The position numbers were made by a program, and so were the translations under genes. Shown here in pieces: positions 1 through 9,616 of a DNA stretch of 64,000 bases (position 1 is the stretch's first letter; each line of letters begins with the position of its first letter). The stretch comes from Candidatus Latescibacterota bacterium (GTDB taxonomy: Bacteria > Latescibacterota > UBA2968 > GCA-2709665). Where the stretch lies: the NCBI GenBank assembly GCA_963667175.2, contig CAXXXF010000014.1, positions 96,001 to 160,000 on the forward strand. Reading direction: 5' to 3'. The notes beneath the pieces were generated by a model that was given only the letters and a program-made list of their open reading frames with translations, had not been told where the DNA came from and made no database searches.

Positions 1-55
1 GCCGTCGACGTCCAGTTGGTTTTCGCGCACCGCTTCGAGTACCTGCCGGACCTGT

Positions 56-1039
56 TCAGGAGTCACCCGATCCCTCCTCCGCCCTCCGGCGTACGGCCTC
101 CAGAATGGTTACGACGCCTTCCGGATCATCCTTCGTCATCAACTGGCGCCGGAACGCGGCAGCCCCGTCGATGCCCTTGATGTATGCGGCAAAATGCCTT
201 CTCATCTCACGGACCCCGGTGGGCAGCCCCTTGTGTTCCACCGAGAGGCGCAGGTGCCGGATGGCCATTTCTACCCGTTCGCGGGCGGACGGCGCCCCCA
301 TCAGCGTGCCGGTGGCCAGAAAGTGCTCGATGCGCCCGAACAGCCACGGGTCGCCGATCGCCCACCGCCCCACCATCACCATGTCGCACCCCGTATGTTC
401 CATCATCTCCCTGGCGGCCAGGGGATCCCTGACGTCGCCATTGCCGATGACGGGAATCGAAACGGCGTCGGCAACGTCGCGGATCACGTCCCAGTCCGCC
501 GTTCCCGTAAATCCGGCCTTCCGCGTCCGGCCGTGTACGGCGACCGCCGCCGCGCCCATATCTTCGGCCAGACGGGCAACCTCCGAAGCCTTCGTGTCGT
601 CGTCCCACCCGCTGCGGATCTTCAGGGTGACGGGAATCGAAACCGCCTTTGCCATTGCCGAGACGATTCTTCCCAGCCGCGACGGATCCTTCAGCAGGGC
701 CGCGCCCGCGCGACGGTTCACGATCTTCTTCACAGGACACCCGCAGTTGATGTCCAGAAGGTCGGGCTTCCGTTCGGCCGCCACCCGCGCGCCCTCGGCC
801 ATTTCGTCGGGCTCCGACCCGAATATCTGCACGGAGATTGGATGCTCGTCCGCCTCGAAATCGAGGTACCGGCTGGACCGCTCGCTGCCGTCGGCCAGTC
901 CGCGGGCGCTCACCATCTCCGTCACGGCCAGACCGGCGCCCTGTTCCCGGCACAGCAGCCGGAAGGACCGATCCGTCACGCCGGCCAACGGCGCCAGTAC
1001 GGTCGAGCCGGGAATTGCCGTCTTTCCAACGTGGACCAT
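56..1039 (-). CDS. dusB: tRNA-dihydrouridine synthase B
   Basis: LAPLAGVTD, DINCGCPVKK, AVHGRT and IGNGDV motifs of the Dus family. Confidence 0.92.
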   Translation of the reverse strand: MVHVGKTAIPGSTVLAPLAGVTDRSFRLLCREQGAGLAVTEMVSARGLADGSERSSRYLDFEADEHPISVQIFGSEPDEMAEGARVAAERKPDLLDINCGCPVKKIVNRRAGAALLKDPSRLGRIVSAMAKAVSIPVTLKIRSGWDDDTKASEVARLAEDMGAAAVAVHGRTRKAGFTGTADWDVIRDVADAVSIPVIGNGDVRDPLAAREMMEHTGCDMVMVGRWAIGDPWLFGRIEHFLATGTLMGAPSARERVEMAIRHLRLSVEHKGLPTGVREMRRHFAAYIKGIDGAAAFRRQLMTKDDPEGVVTILEAVRRRAEEGSGDS

Positions 1040-1062
1040 TTCGGGACTCCGTGCCCGGGCAG

Positions 1063-1887
1063 CTATGCCGCGGACTCGATCAGTCGCCTTACCTTGTCGG
1101 CGCCGATGCGCGCCACTTCTCTAGGGTCCTCCCGCCAGAGGTCCTCGTTGAACAACTCCAGGGATACCGGACCCGAGAACCCCTGAGACGCCAGCATCGC
1201 CAGCATCCCCTGCAGGTTCAGGATTCCATCGCCCGGATAGACGCGGTCCCCGTCAGCCAGCGCCTCGCGTTCGCGGTCCGTTTTCGGCGCATCGTCAATG
1301 TGGAAAATGTACACCTGCGCCCCCGGAACCTTCAGGATATCCTCGTCCTTCCCGCCGCCGCGATAAATGTGGAATGCATCCATCACGACCGTGGTCCGGG
1401 GATGGTCCGCCATGGTTACGACGTCCATCAGCGTATCCACGTTATTGACGTGGTCCACGAAACCCAGGAATTCGAGCGCGGGCAGGCAACCCACCTCGAG
1501 GCCGAGATCCATAAGGCGGCAGAAGCGGTCCGCCGCCCGGTTCAGGTCCACCCGACCTCGCGCCGGTCCCGCGATGACGCGCGGCGCGCCGATGGCAACA
1601 CCCTGCTCCATCAGCCGCCGGGCCTCGGCGAGGCGTTCCGTTTCGAAAGCCGAATCGGTCGCGTCCATCCATCCCGAAAAATGCACCAAGTCGGGCACCG
1701 CGAGATTGTAGTCATCGAGCAACTTTCTGAGCTCGGACAGCTTTCCGCCGGACCGTTCCCAACCCGTCAGATCCTCGCACCACAGTTCGATCGCGCCGTA
1801 TCCCGCCTCACCCGCCGCCCGGATCTTCTCTTCGATCGAAGCGGGCTGAATCGTGCTGGTATTGAAACACAACTCAAACCTGGCCAT
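1063..1887 (-). CDS. Sugar phosphate isomerase/epimerase (xylose isomerase-like TIM barrel)
   Basis: ALEFLG, DAFH, FHIDD, DRVYPGDG and SLELF metal-binding motifs. Confidence 0.85.
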   Translation of the reverse strand: MARFELCFNTSTIQPASIEEKIRAAGEAGYGAIELWCEDLTGWERSGGKLSELRKLLDDYNLAVPDLVHFSGWMDATDSAFETERLAEARRLMEQGVAIGAPRVIAGPARGRVDLNRAADRFCRLMDLGLEVGCLPALEFLGFVDHVNNVDTLMDVVTMADHPRTTVVMDAFHIYRGGGKDEDILKVPGAQVYIFHIDDAPKTDREREALADGDRVYPGDGILNLQGMLAMLASQGFSGPVSLELFNEDLWREDPREVARIGADKVRRLIESAA

Positions 1888-2548
1888 CGCTTCCTCCCGT
1901 TTCGCACAATGAGTTCAACACGCACTGTCCACACCTGGGCGCCGGCACACACGTGTTCTTGCCCAGCGCGACGATCAACGCATGATATTCGTTGTAGACT
2001 CCCACGTCCTCCGGCAATGCCGCTTCAAACCTGCGCTTGACTTCATGGTATTCGAGCGACCGGTCGATCGCTCCCAGCCTTCCGAAAATCCGCCGCGTAT
2101 ACCCGTCCACCACAAAACTCGGTTTCTCGAGCGCATAGAGCAGGATGCAATCGGCCGTCTCGGGTCCGATCCCCGAAACCGCCAGCAACTCCCCGCGCAG
2201 ACGACCGGCGGGCGCATTCCTCATCCGGGCTACGTCGGCGCCGTACCTGCCGGCGAAGAACGCCAGAAATGCCTTCAGCCTCCTGGTTTTTACGCGAAAC
2301 GTCCCGGCGGACCGGATCAGGGTTTCCAGCTGGCCGTCGGGCATCTCCAGCATGGTCCGGGCGTCGAGCGCCCCGGCCTCCTTCAGCCTTCCTATTGCCC
2401 GTTCCACGTTCGCCCACGCTGTATTCTGCGTGAGTATGGCCCCGACCATCGTATCGAACGGGGTTTCCGACGGCCACCAGCCCTGCGGCCCGAACGCGTC
2501 CATCAACCGGTCGTAAACCGCGCGAATGCTGTTCTGTCCGGAGGCCAT
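1874..2548 (-). CDS. HhH-GPD endonuclease III-related DNA glycosylase with 4Fe-4S motif
   Basis: GAILTQNT, GIGPETAD, VVDGY and C-terminal CxxxPxCxxCxxxxxC. Start taken at MASGQN because the upstream ORF extension runs through a MITE. Confidence 0.85.
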   Translation of the reverse strand: MASGQNSIRAVYDRLMDAFGPQGWWPSETPFDTMVGAILTQNTAWANVERAIGRLKEAGALDARTMLEMPDGQLETLIRSAGTFRVKTRRLKAFLAFFAGRYGADVARMRNAPAGRLRGELLAVSGIGPETADCILLYALEKPSFVVDGYTRRIFGRLGAIDRSLEYHEVKRRFEAALPEDVGVYNEYHALIVALGKNTCVPAPRCGQCVLNSLCETGGSDGQV

Positions 2549-2550
2549 AA

Positions 2551-2729
2551 CAGTCCGTTGAAAAAGTCGCTTCGTAGGCGAGGCCGAGTCATTGTGGCCG
2601 AAGACAAGGCGCGCGACCGACGCGCATCCCTGGATTCGGGGAGGGAGCGCCTGCCTGCTGCAGGCAGGCAATGCCGTATTTCGGCCACAAGGGCCGGACG
2701 TAGCCTGGATGGACTTTTCCAACGGGCTG
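2551..2729. mobile_element. 179-bp MITE with IS1182/IS5-like ends
   Basis: Terminal inverted repeats CAGTCCGTTGAAAAAGTC / GACTTTTCCAACGGGCTG, flanked by ATAA direct repeats (2547-2550, 2730-2733). Confidence 0.8.
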
Positions 2730-2908
2730 ATAATGGGCGGAAATCTAACGAATCGTCGGTTGGAGAGCAAATCCTATTCAATTCGAAGCGAGGTACCCGC
2801 GCCTGCATACGGCGAATCCCGCAGGCCAACTGCCGGCGGTTTCGAATAAGAAAAACGGCGCCCGGACCGTCCCGCCCGAGCGCCATTCCGCCATTCGGTT
2901 CATCGCCG

Positions 2909-3037
2909 TCAATTCGGATGGACGTAGAGTTTCTTCCAGACCTGAATGACCCTCAACTGGTGCCGTACCCAGGTGTAGCGCTTCAGGATCTCGATCACTT
3001 TCAGGCGTAACGCGAATTCACGCAGATCGGTGGACAC
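2909..3037 (-). CDS. Putative 42-aa small protein (MSTDLREFALRLKVIEILKRYTWVRHQLRVIQVWKKLYVHPN)
   Basis: GTG start preceded by AAGGAGG; fills an intergenic gap; below the ORF-track cutoff. Confidence 0.5.
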   Translation of the reverse strand: MSTDLREFALRLKVIEILKRYTWVRHQLRVIQVWKKLYVHPN

Positions 3038-3205
3038 TCCGGCCTCCTTCCCGTTGCGAACCTCATATTCCATATATACGGATGCGGCGTTCGAATGTCA
3101 AGCCGGTTCGGCGTCGGGCCTTTGCGCTTTACACGCCAATGGCCGCAACCTATATTGCGCGACGCTACGGTTTCATCGATCAGGACCACACCACGGAGAC
3201 GCGCA

Positions 3206-3967
3206 ATGTCTGAAACCAGCCTGAAGGCCAAGCTGAAATCGGGCGAGGTCGTCCTCGGCCCGTTCGTTAACCTCGCATCCGGCGCGCTCATCGAAATCGC
3301 CGCGTACGCCGGCTTCGACTTCGTCATCCTGGATACCGAACACGGCCCCCTGGACGTCGAGACCACCGAGAACCTGTGCCGCGTGGCGAAGGGCGCGGGC
3401 ATTTCTTCGATCGTCCGCGTGAGGGAGAACGACCCGCCCCAGGTGCTCCGCGCCCTGGACGTCGGCCCGGAGGGCGTCCAGGTCCCCCAGATACGCACCC
3501 GATCCGACGCCGAGTCCCTCGTCCAGGCGGCAAAATACGCGCCGCTCGGGATGCGCGGCGTGTCGCCCTATACTCGCGCGGCCCGGTACTTCTCTGAGGG
3601 AGGCCAGATCTTCGAGCGGCTCAACAGGGAGTCCATGGTCCTCATCCACGTTGAAGGCGTGGAGGGCCTGGAGAATCTCGACGCCATCATCGCCGTTCAC
3701 GGCCTGGACGTCGTGTTCCTCGGACCGTACGACCTGTCCCAGTCTCTCGGCATTCCCGGCCAGGTGCACGATCCCCGGGTGGTGGAGCGGATGCGGGAGG
3801 CAGCCGCGCAGATCAACCAGGCCGGTCTCACCGCGGGCACGTTCGCGGACAGCCCCGACGCGGCAAAACGCTGGATCGACGCCGGCGTGCGCTACATCGC
3901 CCTGTCCGTCGATACGGGCATCTACCTGCACGGCTGCCGCGATATGGTCCATGCCGTGAGAGGATGA
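3206..3967 (+). CDS. HpcH/HpaI-family aldolase
   Basis: GFDFVILDTEHG, RALDVG, LGPYDLSQSLG; GGAG upstream of ATG 3206. Confidence 0.9.
   Translation: MSETSLKAKLKSGEVVLGPFVNLASGALIEIAAYAGFDFVILDTEHGPLDVETTENLCRVAKGAGISSIVRVRENDPPQVLRALDVGPEGVQVPQIRTRSDAESLVQAAKYAPLGMRGVSPYTRAARYFSEGGQIFERLNRESMVLIHVEGVEGLENLDAIIAVHGLDVVFLGPYDLSQSLGIPGQVHDPRVVERMREAAAQINQAGLTAGTFADSPDAAKRWIDAGVRYIALSVDTGIYLHGCRDMVHAVRG
3809..3967 (+). repeat. 159-bp direct repeat, copy 1 (aldolase 3' end)
   Basis: Aligns without gaps to 11964-12122. Confidence 0.92.
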
Positions 3968-4075
3968 GAAACAGGCGGAAAAAGGCAGACGGCGCCGGCT
4001 CGCAGAAACCGAACCGATGATCCGATCAAGGCAAAAGGGGCGAATTCAGCGGCGTCCGAAAAAAGGGGCATTGAC

Positions 4076-7000
4076 ATGCAAGGGAACCTGCGGTTGATGA
4101 GAATCGCGCGGACTATGCTCTTCCATTCCGTCATCCCGACGGTCGTCCTGATGACCGGTTGCGCGCGCGACCCGGACAAGGGTCAACGGCAAACCGTCTC
4201 GCGAGAACTCGCTCAGATTGTCAGTCAGGTAACGCGGGGAACCGTGGCGTCCCGCGAAGCGATTCACGTCAGGTTCGTCGAACCGGCCATCGATACCGGT
4301 CTCGTTGGCCACGCCTTGAAAAAGCGGGTGTTCACGTTTACGCCGCACGTCGACGGCATGACCCTGTGGGAGACCACCCGGGAACTCGTCTTTCGTCCGA
4401 ATCGGCCGCTGCCCCTGCGACAGTCCTACCAGGCACAACTGAACCTAGCGGCTCTCCAGGCCGCATTCTCCCACCTGCAACCCCTGCACTTCAGTTTCGA
4501 AGTCGCCGGTCGCGAAATCCTTTCCCTCGACGGTGATTTCGAACTGAGGGTCGCCGATGATCCACGCTATCTGATCTACAGGGGTCGCCTCGAGCTTACT
4601 GAAAAAACAGACGTGGAGAGGGTACGCGAGGCCACAACGTTACGTTTGGGAGAGACCCGATTTCCGCTGACCTGGCAGGCGGACGCCACCGGCAGGGGCT
4701 TCGCCTTCAGCAGTTCCGTCGTCGAAAGGGACAAGAACCGGAAGAAGTACACGCTGACCGTGGACGACGGGAAACTGGATCTTTCCCAACCGTACAAGAA
4801 GGAGATTCCCCTTGAGCCGCTTCAGGATATGGCCCTGGTGGACGTAAAAAGAGACGAAGGAGGCGAAAAACCGAGTCTGACTCTGGTTTTCTCTGACGAA
4901 CTGGACGTTCGCCAGACGCTCGAGGGATTGATTCAGATACATCCGAATACGCGGATTCGCCTGAAGGCGTCGGGCAAACACCTCTACGTGGATGGGGATT
5001 TTTCCCATGGGGAGTCCTACCGGCTGGACCTCCATCCGGGCATTCGCAGCAGCTGGGGCACGCGCACCGAGAAAATCGTGCGCAGGACGGTTCAATTCGG
5101 CGACCGCAAGCCGCAGATACGCTTTGCCCGCGACGGGGTCTTCCTGCCGTCGTCCGGAGACAAACGGATTCGCTTTGCCACCCTCAATCTGCAACGGGTC
5201 GGCATTGAGGTGACAGAGGTCTTCGCGTCCAATCTGGGACAGTTCTTGCAGACCGAGCAACTGGAAAGCGGCGGGGAGCGACGCAATTCCTTCTCGCACC
5301 ACAACGTGCGGCGCGTGGGTGTGCAGGTTGCCGGCGAGACGCTGGAGATATCCAGCCGCCGAAACGTCTGGATTGAGCATGAACTCGACCTGCGGTCGTT
5401 GATCACCGGCGATGAGCGGGGTCTTTTCCTCATCAAACTGGGTTTTGAGCGAGAGGACATGCTCTACCGCCCCTCCCCCAACGGAGACAGCGGGCGCGAT
5501 TCCTATTATTCAAATCCGAAATACTCCGGCTATATCCGCGCCCACGGCCGGGCCTATAAGGCCTTGATCATCAGTGACGTCGGTCTGACCTACAAACGCG
5601 GTCACGACCAGCACCTCGTGTACGCCACCCACATTGAGGATGCGCGGCCTCTGTCCGGCGTCAGGGTGAACTTGCGCACGTACCAGAACCAGATCGCGGC
5701 CAGCCGCACGACCGACGCTCAGGGGCTGGCGCGTTTTAAAGAGGTAAAACAGCAAATCTATTACGTCGAAGCCGAACACCGGGGACAGCGCAGCGTGGTC
5801 AGGCCCAACAAGATGGCCTGGAATATGTCGAGCTTCGATATTGGCGGCGTGAAAGCGCGTCCCGGCGGCACGCGGGCTTTCATCTACACCGAACGCGGCG
5901 TGTACCGCCCCGGAGACGAGATCAATCTCTCGGTCATCGCCCGTCATCAGGACTACACCTTCCCCGACGACCATCCCGCCACGTGCAGCATATTCAATCC
6001 CAGAGATCAGCTGATCTTCGAACACGTGCAACTGGAAAGCCGTGAGGGAATGTACACGTTTGCCTTCGCCACGCGCCCTGAAGATCCCACCGGAAACTGG
6101 CGCGCCCGAATCCGTATCGGCGACAGCACCTTCGACCACGTGCTCAAAGTCGAGACGGTCGTGCCGTATCGCCTGAAAACGAGGATCACGCCTGCCCGTG
6201 AGCGCCTGGGACCGGAGGACGAGTTCCTGACCGCGGATTTGCGCAGCGCGTACCTGTTTGGCACTCCTGCCGCTGATCTGGAAACCGAGCTGACCGTCTC
6301 CATCCAGAGCGCGCCCAGGTCGTTCCCGCAATACCCGGCGTTCAGTTTCAACAATGCGCTGATTGACTACAAGCCCTTGCAGGCCGTGATCTTCAAGGGC
6401 CGTCTGGACGCCGAGGGCCGCGCGCGCGTCGAATGGCCCCTCCCCGCTCTGGTCAATGCGCCCTCGGCCCTCCAGGCCGTGATCACGGCCAGAGTGCTGG
6501 AGAAAGGAGGCCGCCCCAACGTCCGGCGGCGCCTCCTTCCCGTTGACCCGTACGATCACTACGTGGGTCTGAAACAACCCGAGTTCGACTACGGCTATAC
6601 CCGGGTCGGCGCGCCGGTGCGCATCCCCGCGATCGTGACCGACGTGACGGGCAACCCCGTGGACGGACGCAGTTTGAATTACCGTGTTTACCGGGGAACA
6701 ACCTACTGGTGGTGGGAATACGAAAATCGCGAAGCCTTCCGCCGGCGCTTCAAGAGCGACCGCCGCACCGAGCTCGTCTCGGAGGAGCGGGTCGTCTCTG
6801 CGCCGAAACCCATTGATCTGATGTTTAATCCTGCGGATCGGGGAGAATACCTCATCGAAGTCACGGACGGCGACGAAGGCCATACCGCGTCCTGTTTCGT
6901 GCGAGCCTTTCCCTGGGGGCACGCGCAGACGGGCGAGGGAAGCGAGGGGACGCTGGTATTGAAATCCGACCGGAAGCGCTACCGCGTCGGAGAAAAGGCC

Positions 7001-9592
7001 GGTATCCGCTTTCCCGCGCCGAAGACCGGCTCGGTCCTTTTCTCCATCGAACAGGGCGACCGGGTTCTGGATTCCCGCTGGCTTTTCCTGGACGGCCCCG
7101 GGGAGGAAGCCGATATTTCCTTCGAAGTGACCGCGGGGATGATTCCCACGGCCTACGCGACCGTTTCCCTGATCCAGCCCCACGGACAGTCCGGTAACGA
7201 CCGGCCCATACGACTGTTTGGAACCCTGCCCATCGAGGTCTACGATCCGGCCACGCGCCTCGATTTCGATATCTTCATGCCCGAGCAGTTGCGTCCGGGA
7301 GAGCCCTTCCAGGTAGCGGTCCGGAGCAGCATCGCCGATTCGGTCGAGTTCACCATTGCCGTTGTCGACGAGGGTCTGCTGGCCCTCACCGATTTCCGAA
7401 CGCCGGACCCCTGGGCGTACTTTTTTCAGAAACGAAGTTTGGGCGTGCGCACGTCCGACCTGTTCGCCCACGTCATCGGCGTGGCCAAAGGCGACCCGTT
7501 CAAGACTTTTTCCATCGGCGGCGGTTTTGCCGACGAGCAACCGGCCCCCGACCGGAAACGGCGGCGATTCCCGGCGGTGTCCATCTTCGCCGGTCCGCAA
7601 AGCACCGACGCCTCGGGCCGGGCGCGGGTGGAATTCACCATGCCCAACTACGTGGGCGCCGTGAGGACCATGGTGGTGGGCGCCCGGGACAGGAGCTTCG
7701 GCCACGCGGAGACGACAACCGAGGTCAAGAGCGACCTGATGGTGGTCTCGACCCTGCCCCGGGTGATGGGTCCGGGAGACCGGATTCACGTGCCGGTCAC
7801 CGCGTTTGCCACAGCAGATCGTATCGGTATCGTCGACGTGTCCATCAACGTTCAGGGACCGCTCGCGATCGTGGGCGAACCGGGCAGGCAGATCGAATTT
7901 GCAGGCGTGGGGGAACAGGACGTAATCTTCGAGCTGCTGGCGGACGAGGCGGTGGGACCGGCGACCATCGTGGTTGACGCGGTAGCGGCGGGGGCAAGCG
8001 CATCGCGGCGGACGGACCTCGAGGTGCGACCCTCGGCGGCGGCCCTCTACGAAAGTGTGGAACGCGAGATCGTCCCCGGGGAGACGGTGTCGTTCACCTT
8101 GCCGGACAGGGGCCTGCCCGGCACCAACCGGGCGCGGATCAACGTGCGCCGCCGGCCTGATTTCAACTTCGACAACCAGATGCTGCGCCTGGTCCGCTAC
8201 CCGTATGGCTGCGTAGAGCAGACTGTGTCTGCCGTCTTTCCCCAACTCTACCTCAAGGACCTGCTGGACCTTGAACCTGATAAGCGCGACGTCGTCGCCG
8301 CCGATATTGACGAGCGAATCAACGCAGCCATCCGTCGGCTGCGGCGCTTTCGACTGTCCGATGGTTCCTTCAGCCTGTGGCCGGGCCAACGCCGCACCTC
8401 CGTATGGGGCAGCCTCTACGCCGGCCACTTTCTGATCGAAGCACGCCGATTGGGTTACCACGTCCCCCAGGATATGTACCAGGGATGGCTTCGCGACCAG
8501 CAGTCCCGGAGCGCCACAACCCGTGATCCGCTGAAGGTGCGGGCGTACCGGGCGTATCTGCTGGCGCTGGCCGGCCATCCGTCGCACGGGGCGATGAACC
8601 TGCTCAAAGAGAACGATCTGCACAGGATGAAAGACTCGGATCGGTGGCTGTTGGCCACCGCCTATCTGCACGCGGGGATGGAACCCACAGCCAACGACGT
8701 CGCGCGAAGCACCGGCGTCACTGTGGAGGAATACCGGGAGTTCGCCGACACCTACGGGTCGGACCTGCGTGACAGGGCCCTCATCCTGGATAATCTGGTG
8801 GCCTTCCAACGATGGGGCATGGCCGACTCGCTGGCCAAAGTGGTCGCCAGAAGCATAAAGACGGGCTGGCACGCCACCCAGACGACCAGCGTGTCGCTGC
8901 TGGCCCTGGGCAAGTACGTGCTCGCCCTGCAACACGGGAACCGCGCGGTTGCTCCGCTCACCGGCCGCATCCGTCTTCCCGGCGGCGGGTCGGCGCCCTT
9001 CAACGTGGAGGGACTGGGCTTTCAGCGGGAGATCGCCAGTGGATTTGGCGACGAGGTGGAGGTGCGGCTGGATCCTTCCAATACCGTGGCGCGGGCCTTC
9101 GTCTCCCTCGACTGGGAAGGCGTTCCCCTGCGGGACGAGGGAAGAGACGAGGAGGCCCAACTCATCCTCGACGTGGAATGGCTCGACGAAGACGGGGCGC
9201 GTATTGATCCGGGCACACTGGCACAGGGTACCACTTTCTGGGGCCATATCCGCGTTGAGAACGACGCAGGGGAATTCCGTCTGGAAGAGGTGGCCCTCAC
9301 TCAATTGTTACCCGCGGGCTGGGAGATCGAGAACATCCGGCTGGTCAAGTCGGCCCTGCCCGGATGGATGAACGATTGGCGTCTCAACGCTGAAGAATAC
9401 CTCGACGTCCGCGACGACCGCGTCAACTGGTTCTTCGACCTGCCTCGCGGAGGCAGACCGCTCGACTTCGCCGTCAAGCTCAACGCGGTGACCCAGGGGA
9501 CGTTCACCTTGCCTGCGACGCAGGTCGAAGCCATGTACGACCGCGACTACCGCGCCCGCAAGGCGGGGGGGATGGTCGCGGTGGGACCGTAG
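4076..9592 (+). CDS. Bacterial alpha-2-macroglobulin lipoprotein
   Basis: Lipobox-like LMTGC, YTERGVYRPGD (MG2), AVVDEG, thioester PYGCVEQ, EAMYD C-terminus; 1838 aa; next to pbpC. Confidence 0.93.
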   Translation: MQGNLRLMRIARTMLFHSVIPTVVLMTGCARDPDKGQRQTVSRELAQIVSQVTRGTVASREAIHVRFVEPAIDTGLVGHALKKRVFTFTPHVDGMTLWETTRELVFRPNRPLPLRQSYQAQLNLAALQAAFSHLQPLHFSFEVAGREILSLDGDFELRVADDPRYLIYRGRLELTEKTDVERVREATTLRLGETRFPLTWQADATGRGFAFSSSVVERDKNRKKYTLTVDDGKLDLSQPYKKEIPLEPLQDMALVDVKRDEGGEKPSLTLVFSDELDVRQTLEGLIQIHPNTRIRLKASGKHLYVDGDFSHGESYRLDLHPGIRSSWGTRTEKIVRRTVQFGDRKPQIRFARDGVFLPSSGDKRIRFATLNLQRVGIEVTEVFASNLGQFLQTEQLESGGERRNSFSHHNVRRVGVQVAGETLEISSRRNVWIEHELDLRSLITGDERGLFLIKLGFEREDMLYRPSPNGDSGRDSYYSNPKYSGYIRAHGRAYKALIISDVGLTYKRGHDQHLVYATHIEDARPLSGVRVNLRTYQNQIAASRTTDAQGLARFKEVKQQIYYVEAEHRGQRSVVRPNKMAWNMSSFDIGGVKARPGGTRAFIYTERGVYRPGDEINLSVIARHQDYTFPDDHPATCSIFNPRDQLIFEHVQLESREGMYTFAFATRPEDPTGNWRARIRIGDSTFDHVLKVETVVPYRLKTRITPARERLGPEDEFLTADLRSAYLFGTPAADLETELTVSIQSAPRSFPQYPAFSFNNALIDYKPLQAVIFKGRLDAEGRARVEWPLPALVNAPSALQAVITARVLEKGGRPNVRRRLLPVDPYDHYVGLKQPEFDYGYTRVGAPVRIPAIVTDVTGNPVDGRSLNYRVYRGTTYWWWEYENREAFRRRFKSDRRTELVSEERVVSAPKPIDLMFNPADRGEYLIEVTDGDEGHTASCFVRAFPWGHAQTGEGSEGTLVLKSDRKRYRVGEKAGIRFPAPKTGSVLFSIEQGDRVLDSRWLFLDGPGEEADISFEVTAGMIPTAYATVSLIQPHGQSGNDRPIRLFGTLPIEVYDPATRLDFDIFMPEQLRPGEPFQVAVRSSIADSVEFTIAVVDEGLLALTDFRTPDPWAYFFQKRSLGVRTSDLFAHVIGVAKGDPFKTFSIGGGFADEQPAPDRKRRRFPAVSIFAGPQSTDASGRARVEFTMPNYVGAVRTMVVGARDRSFGHAETTTEVKSDLMVVSTLPRVMGPGDRIHVPVTAFATADRIGIVDVSINVQGPLAIVGEPGRQIEFAGVGEQDVIFELLADEAVGPATIVVDAVAAGASASRRTDLEVRPSAAALYESVEREIVPGETVSFTLPDRGLPGTNRARINVRRRPDFNFDNQMLRLVRYPYGCVEQTVSAVFPQLYLKDLLDLEPDKRDVVAADIDERINAAIRRLRRFRLSDGSFSLWPGQRRTSVWGSLYAGHFLIEARRLGYHVPQDMYQGWLRDQQSRSATTRDPLKVRAYRAYLLALAGHPSHGAMNLLKENDLHRMKDSDRWLLATAYLHAGMEPTANDVARSTGVTVEEYREFADTYGSDLRDRALILDNLVAFQRWGMADSLAKVVARSIKTGWHATQTTSVSLLALGKYVLALQHGNRAVAPLTGRIRLPGGGSAPFNVEGLGFQREIASGFGDEVEVRLDPSNTVARAFVSLDWEGVPLRDEGRDEEAQLILDVEWLDEDGARIDPGTLAQGTTFWGHIRVENDAGEFRLEEVALTQLLPAGWEIENIRLVKSALPGWMNDWRLNAEEYLDVRDDRVNWFFDLPRGGRPLDFAVKLNAVTQGTFTLPATQVEAMYDRDYRARKAGGMVAVGP

Positions 9593-9616
9593 CATCTGCC
9601 GTCGCGCAGGATCGTC

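Noticed and set aside
5510-9304. 1264-aa antisense ORF, and similar long shadow ORFs at 46104-48236, 15433-16788 and 44770-46023
   Set aside because: They lie opposite well-supported genes in GC-rich DNA and have no motifs.
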